From assembly GCA_036630325.1 (NCBI GenBank), contig CP142727.1, positions 1,426,001-1,490,000 on the forward strand: a stretch of 64,000 nucleotides of DNA. The letters run 5' to 3'. Positions 13,485 through 23,953 of the stretch are shown here, in pieces. This stretch comes from Vairimorpha necatrix. Its lineage: Eukaryota. The notes beneath the pieces are model-generated. The model did not search any database. It had not been told where the DNA came from and saw only the letters and a list, made by a program, of their open reading frames with translations. The translations under genes and the position numbers were made by a program. Numbering within the stretch: the stretch's first letter is position 1; every line of letters begins with the position of its first letter.

Positions 13485-14128
13485 GGCGCTACTTCATTTT
13501 TTGCCCCCTAAAAAAACATTAATACAAAAAAATCTTGTTATTTTTCAAATCTAAACATTTTTTTGTTTAAAAGAGGGCAAGAAAATAAAGTTAAGGTATT
13601 TTTTGACGATTTTAGAATTTTTAATTGTCTTTTTAAGATTCAACATAAAGGGGTTACAAAATTTTAATTTTTAAATCTCCATATGTTGAATCTTAAGAAG
13701 ACTATTCAGGAAATGAATATATTGTAGATGTGTGCTTTAGAACAACGAAGCAGCATTTGAAGATATTTTATACGCAAAATAAATCTGGCCCTATAATAAT
13801 TACCGATGGTTTATCTTTTTCTTCAGCCTCTGGAAATTTTGGAAGCGAACACTATACAAAAAACAACGCTTGGCTTTATACACGCTGATGGAGGCAATAC
13901 AAATCATATAGAAAATTTGTGGTCCCATTTGAAGAACGAATATAGATCAAGGTGGGTTAATAAGGCATAGCATTAATTTATTTCTAAAAGCAATTTACAT
14001 GGAAAAAAAAGAAATATCAAATAATCAAATAACGAGGATATGGGCTCTCTTTTATCAAAATTCTAGAACTTTGTATGTTAGTTTGTATAAATTATTTTTT
14101 AGGGGAGGCAAGAAGATGAAGTAGCGCT
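13485..14128 (+). mobile_element. Decayed, internally deleted Merlin (ISXO2/IS1595-like) DNA transposon
   Basis: Imperfect TIRs GGCGCTACTTCATTTTTTGCCCC...GGGGAGGCAAGAAGATGAAGTAGCGCT. Near-perfect 8-bp TSD (AAACTTTA/AAAATTTA). Remnant motifs IIITDG (~13793) and TNHIENLWSHLK (~13899). Confidence 0.8.
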
Positions 14129-14703
14129 AAAATTTAGATTGTTTGCAAAAAAAATCAAAGCAATCACAAAAACTCATAGGCGGGTTAAAATCAAGTTTTC
14201 CAATCGCTAAATTAAAATACCAACAACGTAAATAGTTTTTAAATTGATGCATATCTAAACGCTATGCAATACGAGAGAAATATCTTTATTATTGGTATCA
14301 AAAATTAAGACGTATTGGAACAATAATAAAAAGAGCTATAATTTGGTGTGAAATATGTCAATAAAAAAAACAAATAGTTTGAAGACAAATTATTTCTAAT
14401 TCATAGTGATACTATGCTGCTTATTTTAAGATATTCGATTATTTTATGAACTCATTACTAAGTGTCCGTCTAACAAATTTGTAAAACATTCTCAAGTTTT
14501 GCTGCATCAACACATTACGCAAATATTATGAAATGTTGTTCTTTAGTAAAATTCTTATTTTAAATTTCATATCCGATATGTTTCAAATTTGCTAAACAAA
14601 AAAATTGAATTATGTTGAAAATATGAAATAAGATATGTATTTGGAGAGCTATACATCTTTCGATTTCAGTGCAGATAGAACGACTTTATCAAAAATTAAG
14701 CAA

Positions 14704-15991
14704 GGCTAAAGTGCACTATAGGAATATTTTTTGAACTAGGTTTTTTTTATTTTTTTGCCCTTTTTTTGAAAAATGGAGGAAGAAAGATGGAGAGGAAGTA
14801 TTAATAATTATATATAATGAACTGATAAGAGATAAAACAATTAATATTTGTGATCAATGTGGAGGTAAAATACGTAAAGTAAGTAAAAAAGAGCATTTAC
14901 CAACTTGTGCTTGGAAGGGATGTCGAAATACAATTTCTATTTGACATGAAACTTTCTTTAGTAATTCTAAACTATGTCATTTACTAACATTACAAATACT
15001 TATTCTGTGTTTTCTTGGAATCCCAATACGTATATTTGTCAAATTTTACGTTATTTGAAAAAACTATATCTACAGTATTAAAAAAACTAAAGAAATGTAC
15101 ATTTACGATGAGTATTTGTCATCAATGACCATTATACGGCGAAGAAGACATAATAGTAGAATTTGATGAGACAAAGATAGGAAAAAATAAAAACTACCTA
15201 GGCAAGCTAGTGAAAGGATTTTGATGTTTTGGAATGACCAAACGTACAATAATACTAGATCACATAAAAAAGAGATAAAGAAACTCTAACAAAACTTTTA
15301 TTAAAATATGTAAACACAAAAAGTATCATACATAGTGATATGTGGAGAGCCTATAATTCTTTAGGTACTTTATTTAACCAACACCATATGATTAACCATA
15401 CATTACACTATAAAGACCCAATCGCGGGAGTTCATTCCAATTGCATAGATTGTATTTGGCGTTCTCTAAAAAATTCTATACCTAATAGAAACAGATCAGC
15501 CAATAGTGCAAAACTATATTTGTTTAGGTATATATGTGGTATTATTTACCACATTACTTATTTTTATTTTATATTCCCTCCAAACGAATATTTTAGAAAA
15601 TATTTTACTATAAATATTTTCTCTTTATTTTACCCCAACAAAAAAAAGATGAACAATCAAGAGAATATGAATAACTACGGGAGGACACAAAGATACCTAC
15701 CCCCTCACAAGAGGACAGCTAATTACCCACATGGGAATAGCATTAATAAAAACCATTTTACTAAAACAAATTTAGGTGCAGGGAGAAGCATTCTTGAATG
15801 CTATTTACATTATGGCCATCTCCCTGGTGGAAACACCACAATATACTCCAAAGAAAATCTTCTACTTGAGTCTTTGCTGCTTATAAATCTTTTATTCTAC
15901 TTGTTAATTTTCTTTCTTCCTCCATTTATAAAAAGGGGAAAAAAATAAAAAACCCCTGGTTCAAAAAATATTCCTATGGTGCACTTTAGCT
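14704..15991 (+). mobile_element. Decayed Merlin (ISXO2-like) DNA transposon carrying a nested solo LTR
   Basis: Long (~85 bp) imperfect TIRs beginning GGCTAAAGTGCAC. 8-bp TSD TTAAGCAA/TAAAGCAA. Broken transposase with CDQCG, IVEFDETKIG, IHSDMWRAY and NH...DP..GVHSNCIDCIW motifs. Confidence 0.88.
15535..15840 (+). mobile_element. Solo LTR (306 bp), diverged member of the ~286-bp LTR family
   Basis: TGTGGT...ACCACA termini; perfect 5-bp TSD ATATA; similar to the copies at 28455, 51469 and 53156. Confidence 0.88.
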
Positions 15992-18605
15992 TAAAGCAAT
16001 TTACACTTACACTTTAGACAAAGTAAATAAGAAGCAATATACCAGAGTAAGATAAACTTCAGAAAAACAAATGTAGCGACCTTACAGATTGAAGTTACAT
16101 ATTTAAACTGTTTGTTAGCCTTTGCATAGTTTATGGACAATCAAATTTGCTGTTTTTTTTTTGAAATGATTGAAAGAGAGAATTTAAACGGTGACAAAGA
16201 AAGAACTTTGAAAAGTAAATGCGTCATCTCAAAGTGGGAAGCTAGTATCAAATACTTACTTATATGCCCCCATATTTTTATTGTATTCTTTGAATAATAT
16301 TTACTATGACGCAGCAAAGGTACCATACAAACGGTTGAAGATAGCTTTTATACAATTAAGTATTGTGTTATCTTTGTGCATCAAAGATCCACAAGAAGAA
16401 TTGTTTGTTTTTTACACAACAAACACATAAAACTATAAATATAATTTCAGTCCTTACCCATACACAACCAATACAAAGATGAACTTCAGAAATTATAAAA
16501 AGACGAGCACTAGAGGGAAGAACTAGATACTAAAAACCATCAATAAAACTATTGTACATAAAAATATCTTAGAGACATACTTCGGATTGGGACATGTCAA
16601 GTATGTATATAAATGTTTATATTATATTAAATGGAGAATGTCAACATAAAAGGCTTTTTTAGACGAACTAATTAATACTAAAAGGTTTACCGGAAATTTG
16701 AGGTTATCAAATCTTTATTAGAACAGATTAATTACAATTTAATGAAGTTATATTGTGAAAATAAAATTACTTTTTTTTTCTGTAGATAGATATGACTAGA
16801 CAACAGACTCTTTAGTAATGTATAAATTTATTATAAAGTGTTTTATGCTTATATCTTATGTTTGTTCAAAACTAAAATAAAATACGTTGTAAAATCGGAA
16901 CAAGTATTGTGCTGCCATTATAGATAACGCTTTAAATTTTTGTGTTTCCATACACATTATTTTTTTTTCCAATTTAATATTCTAAAAAATATTTCTCTTT
17001 ATTTTCGTTTTCAATCCAGTGCAATAAAAAGAGGAATGTATCTTACATAAAATAAAGGGAAAGGTATTTTTTTTAAAACATACATTATTCATCGCCTCCT
17101 GCGCTACGATACATTAACAATAATGCACATATATAACCAACGAATAAAATTTAGATTGCCATATATATTTATAGCTCTTCCACTAGTATCAACACATTTT
17201 CCGATTCCCCCAATAAGGGCTTCTTATTATCTGCTCCGTTAAATTGATCATAATTATGACAAATACTAATGAATTTAAAGTCAAAAAATTCATTTTTTGA
17301 TGAACAAAATATAAGAATTTTATGTAAATTGTCTTTTCTGCATACATCAATAAATTATATTACAAGAGAAGGTTTAATTTGCTAAAAAATAAATTCATAC
17401 ATGATGCTTTGATTTCTAATTATTTAATTCAATTCAAGCTCGGGGGATTATCTATGTCAAATATAAAAAGCTTTATCAAAACTTCTTTCTCATTAAAAAG
17501 CCGAGGCAGTACGGTATCCTGAACATCACTATTTTACATGAGATTGGTCGATACGAATTGAAGAATGGATGTATGAGAGAAAATATTGTAAAGACATTTC
17601 ATCTATATTGCATCGAAACTATAATTTTACCACAGACTAGAAATTCTATATTTTTAAACGTAGAACAAGAAATCTACGAAACGATATTGAAATAATATAG
17701 ACTCAAACGTCGTCATAGAAAATATTATTTGGCGATTTTCATTAGAATATTAAATAGTAGATTAGGCATAAGAAATATTTAATATTATTATGATACAAAG
17801 TGTAAATTTTTAAAGAAAAACATTAAACCAAGAGAATATAACCCAAGAATTAGAAGATTTTTCTATTTTTAAAAATTAGCATTTACAGAGTCCTATTGGG
17901 GATACATGTTTTTATTACAATGTCTTTCTTGTTTATTTTTACTTTATTGCTTTATTTAAAGTGTAAAATGCTTCCATGGCCAAGAAATTAATATTTTAGT
18001 GATAAATTTCCTTAGATTAAATAATGTTAGAATTATAAATATATGATGTATTTATATGTCTAACCAAAAATTCTTTTTATAAGTAAAAATTACCAAAACT
18101 TTTCCATTTGTATTTATATTTTTATATTATAAAATTCTATATTTTCAGAAAAAAGGCAGTATATTAAAACATGAATGTAATTAAAAACTTATTTTCTCAG
18201 AAATACATTATTTACGCTCTGTTCAGCGTTTTGTTTTGACAAAGGCTTTAAGCGTGGTTGAAAAAACTTTAAAACTTAAAAATATATAGCTTTACATTTT
18301 TTAGATATTTAGTACGAATTTTTTATTATAGTAAAATAAAATTCTCAAAATTTATTCCAGAGTTTCAAATTTAATATCTAAAAGCGACAATAATGCTAAG
18401 CACATTGCGTGTACTATATTTAATAAAATCTGATCAAAAAATACACCTATAGTATTTACGATAAAATTGTATTGACTTGGACATAAATATTTTGTAACGC
18501 ATATTATAATATAATGTTCGATGATATTTGTATAATTTAAGTGCCTTCTGTTTTTCTATATGTATAAAAAATATTTTTTTTTGAATAAATTAAATCAACC
18601 CCCAA

Positions 18606-19677
18606 ATGATTACACTGTTTAGTATAATTTGTTGCACACAAGTGTCAAAAAAAGGAGATACCGAAAATTATAACTTTATTGGAACATTTAAAAAAACTGA
18701 AGATCAAGGGGTATATAATCTTGACATTATATCTCCATATGAAGAGCTTGAAAATTTTCTTTCCTCGGCAGATAATACATCAGTTCTTTCATTTGATTAT
18801 GAGCTTATTGAAACGAATCTGATGAATTCAGGTTGTTCTGATGTTTTCTCATTTGATAATATTATTTTTGAAGATATATACAATTATGATACTTATCACA
18901 ATTCTACACAGGATACGAATATTTATTTAGATAATAAAAATACTGAAAAAAATAATGATATTGAATTGATTTTATCTTATTAAAAATAAAGAGAAAAATA
19001 AATTTGCAGAGAAACAAAAACAGAACAATGTAATATCAGACTTTGAATCCTTCAATCTAGAAAGCCAACAAATAATTTCAACACTACAAGAAAAATTAGT
19101 CGAGTGTAGAAAAAAAATTGCAGGATTTATCAACCATAAAAGTCTAACAATTAACTCAATAACATATTCTTATAAAACATTTGAAAAAAATAATAATGAA
19201 GAAAAAGAGATTAGCGCACACTATAAGCAAATATATAAATTTTATAATTTTCTTTATAATTTAAACAATTTACAGATTCCTAAATTATATAAGAAAATTA
19301 AGTCTTTGAATGGGACTAAATATATTTACAATGTAATTCAGGAATTGTTAGATGTGTTTGTTTATTTTACTTCAATTTTTAAAATTAAGATAAACTATGT
19401 GAATTTAAAAAATTATTCAACAATAACAAAAAAACAACTGAATAATTATAATTTAGAAACAATGTATGCATTTAAACTAATACCAATAATTGAAATTTTT
19501 GAATATGTCGAAAAAGAATTGAACTTTGTAAAGTACCCCAATATTATCTATAAAAAAAAAGTTAAAATCTTTTTGTGCCTGCTTAATAAGAAATTAGATA
19601 ATTTATATAAAAGAACAATCGAATGTATTACAATTTATTATAAGCTTGATCAAAGAATGAATGGGAATTGTTTGTAA
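18606..19677 (+). pseudogene. Hypothetical, possibly secreted protein split by one frameshift near 18970-18980 (pseudogene or assembly indel)
   Basis: CCCCC precedes the ATG; N-terminus MITLFSIICCTQVS. The first frame stops at 18983 and a second frame is open from 18970 to 19677, giving ~357 aa when joined. Confidence 0.65.
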
Positions 19678-20647
19678 ATAAATTATCTAATTATGTAGCA
19701 CGATGTATTTCTAAAATTCAATTTTGATTTCATAAAGCACTCATTACACTTTACATGTTTCTAGAATCTAAAAAGACTTTTTTTAATTTACTTCGCGAAG
19801 TATGTAAAAATCAAGTATATTTTATCAAAACAAACGGCGCATTATAATCGAAGCATTATCTACACATATAAATTGAATATTTACTAGCAGAAACATCTTT
19901 AGTATCTTGATTTGAAACCGTAATCAATAATATAAATAAAGCCTACATAGAATGTTTGCAAAATTTTAGGGAGTTCAATAAAAAACAATAAAACAATGCA
20001 AATATCAAAGACAAAAGATCAAAAAACTTCAAAATATCTAAAAATTTCATTCTAAAAAAAATTTTCAACTACCAATGGAATAAACGCTAGAAATATAATT
20101 TTTTTTTGTGTTTGGCCTTGCAAAGATTTTTTATTGTATCAATACGCTAGTTAGTAGTATGAAATTCGATATTTGAATTTTATGAAGATATCAGGGCTTT
20201 AATTGTTTGTAAACTTCTTAAATTATACAATTAGATTCACTAATATTTCTTTGTTAAATCGTTTCAAATAAGACATTCTAATTTTTATGTCATAGCCTTA
20301 CTTGCAATCTTGATATTTTTTTTCAATAATTGTAGAACCTATAAGATTCATTAAGTGTTGTTTCTAGTATTCAATTTTTATTAATGTTAAAGAAAATAGT
20401 AAGTTAAGGGATAAATTTCGTAAATACATATATTCTCAACAATAAATATAACCATTAATGGGTTTTTACTCTGAAACCAGTTCGGAATTGCCTTAAATTT
20501 TATAACCTAAGCCATTTATTGCTTTATACAATTGCAAATAATACCAAATTCTACATGTAAGTCTACTTAAAAATTTTACAATATGGAGACATTGAATACC
20601 TCCATTGTCAAAGATGTCATAACTTTTAGCTTCTTTTTTCTATAATA

Positions 20648-20696
20648 TGTGTTTATTTTCCACAATGAGGGGTAAAAATAATAAGGATATATAACA
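20648..20696 (-). repeat. 3' LTR (49 bp)
   Basis: Minus strand TGTTATATATCCTTATTATTTTTACCCCTCATTGTGGAAAATAAACACA, directly after the PPT at 20697-20706. Confidence 0.9.
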
Positions 20697-20723
20697 TCCC
20701 CCCTCCAAGACGGTAGTCTCATA

Positions 20724-23459
20724 CTAGAACTCATTAATCCCAAGCAGACCTTTTAAATCATAATGCCGCTTTTTCACGATCCTACCATTTTCCAAACTAA
20801 CTAAGTACGAGTCACCTCCGCAAACTTCCTTAATAACACCATATCCTAAAAACCTTCCTTTCTCATACTTACTACAACCCGATAAGTTCTCTTTCTTCGC
20901 TACCCTAACTCTCTGACTTTTATAGAATTTCTCTCTTTTGCGAGCCACAAACCTCCTACTATAAAATCCTTCAGGTCCATTCTCGATCATAACATGGCCC
21001 GTTTCGTCTCTTGAGGCCTCAAACGGTGTACATCTCAACCCTTCATGATAGCTGTTATTATAACGCCATATACATCTATTAACCTTGGCTTCAAAATCCA
21101 CAGCATTATCTTTCAATATTCCTTCTCTTATGGTTCCTATTACCCTTTCCACTCTTCCATTACTTCTATGACTTTCTACGCTTACTTTCCTATGTAATAC
21201 ATTTTCCTCTGAACACCAATTCCTCATATATTCATTATTAAATTCTTTACCGTTGTCAGTAATTATTTCTACCGGTTTCATTCCTGATCCACACAACTGT
21301 TTTAAAAATCCTACAACCGAGCTTCCGCGTTTGTCCTCTATTACTTTTCCCCAAACGATCCTAGTATAATAATCAATCACGACCAACACATATTTCCCTA
21401 AATCTCTAAACTCAGACAAATCCAAAGCAACCTTTTCCAAATAAAATCTTGAACTAACAAAATCACAACCACCACTCTTTTTCCTATTATATATTTGGCA
21501 AACTTCACACTTCTTTAAAACATCCTCGATATCCTTCTTCATACCCGGCCAATAAAATTCAAACTTCATTGCATAGTACACTGATCCTAAACTTCTATGT
21601 CCCAAATTTTCATGAGCATTGACAATTAAACCTTCACGCAATTCTTTCTTTGGAATCTCCGCTTCTCTACCAGAGTCAAATACCCAAATTTCCTTCCCAT
21701 CAACAACTTTAACATGCTTGTCCCATTTACCCTGTGCCTGTTTAATACTTCTCTCCTTATTCATTAGCGTTTTCTCATTTTCATGTACCCTACTCAGTGC
21801 ATCTGCTACAACCATGGTACTAGGCTCTCTATATTCAATGCTAAAGTCGAACTCTTGAATCTTTTCAATCCACCTGTTAATTCTATTATTGTTAAATGCT
21901 GGTTTATTTCTAATCTCGATCAATGCCTTATGATCAGTTTCTACCCTAAATCTTCTTCCGCGTAGTTCATATTCAAACTTTTTAATTCCCCAAAAGACTG
22001 CATACATCTCCTTCTCACTGATTCCATATCTCGTTTCCGTAGGCGTAAACTTTTTTGATGCCCACTGTACTGGTACCCAATTACCTTGATCATCTTCCTG
22101 CATTAAAACAGCACCCATTCCAACATTACTCGCATCCGTGCGTAACAAAAATTCCTTATTATAATTAACAATTGCTAAACCTTTTAAATCCCTAATCACT
22201 TCCCTTAAACTAATATATTCTTTTTCCATTTCTTCTGTCCATTTCCAATTACTTCCTCGTCCTTTAAGAGAATCCGTCAACGCCAATGTACGTTTTGCAT
22301 AATTATCAATATGATTTCTAAACCATCCAGCCAGCCCAAGAAACTTCCTAACATCTGATACACACTCCGGTTTGGGAAATTCTAACGCTTCATTTTGCTT
22401 TATTTCAGATGGCAGTATCTCCTTGCCATTAACTGTTACTCCTAACAACATCACCTCTCGTTTACATAATTGAACCTTAGCCAAATTAATTTTCATACTA
22501 TTCTCCTCTATTATATCCACAGCCTCTTTCAACAATTTGTCATGACCCTCTCTTGTCTTACTATGAATCACAATATCGTCCATATAAATTTCGATTCCCT
22601 TACCAATAAATTTTTCAAAAATCCCATTCATTATTCTTTGTAATATCTGCGGTGAGTTTTTAATCCCCATGACCATCGAATTCCACTCGTATACCTTTTT
22701 ATTAAACTCAAAAGCCGTCTTAAACCTATCCTTCTCTTCAATCTCAATACTATAAAACCCCTCCTTTAGATCTATCACGGTAAAAAATTCAGATCCCTGT
22801 GTACTTCTAATAACATCTCTTATCCTAGTTAACTCATAAGGATCCTTCTCTACAATGTCATTAAGAGCAATTAAATTACTTACTAATCTTATATCACCAT
22901 TCGGTTTCTCAATCGCTCTAATGGGATTTCTCCAGTCAGATGTCGACCTTCTAATTATCTTTCTTCTTTCCAAACTATTAATATAATCTTCCGTCTTCTT
23001 CAACAAAGCCTGAGCTATAGCCTGCCCTTTTTTAACAACTTTCTTGCCTTCTTGAGTCTTGATAATACATTTTTCAACCTTACAAAAACTAATATCTTCA
23101 TCCTCTCTTCCCCCTACCCGTACAATAATCTCCTCTAAATACGCGATGCCTCTTACATCCCTTCTCAACAGAACTCTCTTATTATTGTCCCTTTTGCTAT
23201 AATCTTGTATATCCCCTAAATTTTTCTTCTTACGTTTCCCACCATCAACATTATAATAATCACATTTGTCCGAATTGGAATCGTCATCACATTTACCCTC
23301 TAAGTCTAATTGCACTTTACATTTACCAACATAATTAAAACTACTTTTATTTCTTCTGTCTTCAGAATCTCGCCTCATTCCCCTACAAAATCTAACACTA
23401 TGGCCTAACTTCCCACAATTGTAGCAACGCATATTCTTTTTATTTTCCTCACGAGACAA
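20724..23459 (-). CDS. pol: Zinc knuckle + reverse transcriptase + RNase H + integrase polyprotein (911 aa)
   Basis: CYNCGKLGHSVRFC knuckle; RT VIDLKEGF...YMDD; RNase H TDAS/EKE/TDH/ADALSR; integrase HHCC (HENLGH...CEVC) and DDE (ALDL, TDNG, VER). No D[ST]G protease motif seen. Confidence 0.96.
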   Translation of the reverse strand: MSREENKKNMRCYNCGKLGHSVRFCRGMRRDSEDRRNKSSFNYVGKCKVQLDLEGKCDDDSNSDKCDYYNVDGGKRKKKNLGDIQDYSKRDNNKRVLLRRDVRGIAYLEEIIVRVGGREDEDISFCKVEKCIIKTQEGKKVVKKGQAIAQALLKKTEDYINSLERRKIIRRSTSDWRNPIRAIEKPNGDIRLVSNLIALNDIVEKDPYELTRIRDVIRSTQGSEFFTVIDLKEGFYSIEIEEKDRFKTAFEFNKKVYEWNSMVMGIKNSPQILQRIMNGIFEKFIGKGIEIYMDDIVIHSKTREGHDKLLKEAVDIIEENSMKINLAKVQLCKREVMLLGVTVNGKEILPSEIKQNEALEFPKPECVSDVRKFLGLAGWFRNHIDNYAKRTLALTDSLKGRGSNWKWTEEMEKEYISLREVIRDLKGLAIVNYNKEFLLRTDASNVGMGAVLMQEDDQGNWVPVQWASKKFTPTETRYGISEKEMYAVFWGIKKFEYELRGRRFRVETDHKALIEIRNKPAFNNNRINRWIEKIQEFDFSIEYREPSTMVVADALSRVHENEKTLMNKERSIKQAQGKWDKHVKVVDGKEIWVFDSGREAEIPKKELREGLIVNAHENLGHRSLGSVYYAMKFEFYWPGMKKDIEDVLKKCEVCQIYNRKKSGGCDFVSSRFYLEKVALDLSEFRDLGKYVLVVIDYYTRIVWGKVIEDKRGSSVVGFLKQLCGSGMKPVEIITDNGKEFNNEYMRNWCSEENVLHRKVSVESHRSNGRVERVIGTIREGILKDNAVDFEAKVNRCIWRYNNSYHEGLRCTPFEASRDETGHVMIENGPEGFYSRRFVARKREKFYKSQRVRVAKKENLSGCSKYEKGRFLGYGVIKEVCGGDSYLVSLENGRIVKKRHYDLKGLLGINEF

Positions 23460-23797
23460 CTTATTCTTCTACAAAATTTAGCCCATAACGCTAGGGACAA
23501 CTCTTCAAATTCTTTTTTTCTCGCTTGTTCCTTTTCCTCCTGAATAGCTAGCAACTCTAATTTTTCCTCAATTTCCTTCCAACTACCCTCTTGCGAGATC
23601 CTCTCAACAATAAAATTTCTCAATAAAATAGAACCTCTCCTAAAAATTTCTAATTTAAATCCACACTCATCAATTTTCTCTAAAAACAACTCATAAACAA
23701 TCCTTTTAACCTCTTTTAATAATATTCTAGCCTCTTGGCCACGGTCCTCCTTTGTAGACCCATTTTCTGGTATCGCCCCCATGTGTTTATTTTCCAT
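23405..23797 (-). CDS. gag: Short Gag-like ORF (130 aa) starting inside the 5' LTR
   Basis: The ATG at 23797 lies within the LTR (23782-23830), after CCCCTCATT. The ORF overlaps the downstream knuckle/pol ORF, which is in the -1 frame. The gag call is positional. Confidence 0.7.
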   Translation of the reverse strand: MENKHMGAIPENGSTKEDRGQEARILLKEVKRIVYELFLEKIDECGFKLEIFRRGSILLRNFIVERISQEGSWKEIEEKLELLAIQEEKEQARKKEFEELSLALWAKFCRRISCLVRKIKRICVATIVGS

Positions 23798-23830
23798 AAT
23801 GAGGGGTAAAAATAATAAGGATATATAACA
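23782..23830 (-). repeat. 5' LTR (49 bp)
   Basis: Minus strand TGTTATATATCCTTATTATTTTTACCCCTCATTATGGAAAATAAACACA, followed immediately by TGGGGGCGA (23781-23773). Confidence 0.9.
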
Positions 23831-23953
23831 AAAAATAATAATGAAATAAGATTCTTCAGTGATTTTTAAAATTTAATTTTTAGGGATGAATATTCAATCA
23901 GTTTAAAAATTTTTTGTCTTATTAAATTTTTAATAAAATTGCTAATTACTACA

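Larger units (their letters stand above)
20648..23830 (-). mobile_element. Ty3/Gypsy LTR retrotransposon, 3183 bp, with 49-bp LTRs
   Basis: Direct repeats at 23782-23830 and 20648-20696 (48/49 identical, TG...CA). PBS-like TGGGGGCGA after the 5' LTR; PPT GGAGGGGGGA before the 3' LTR; domain order RT-RH-IN. TSD not clean. Confidence 0.95.

Noticed and set aside
15340-15948. 202-aa ORF as a real gene
   Set aside because: Chimera of a Merlin transposase tail, a nested solo LTR and TIR sequence.
20643-23835. TSD for the 49-bp-LTR element
   Set aside because: Flanks read TAATA versus AAAAA(TAATA), not a clean duplication, so none is claimed.
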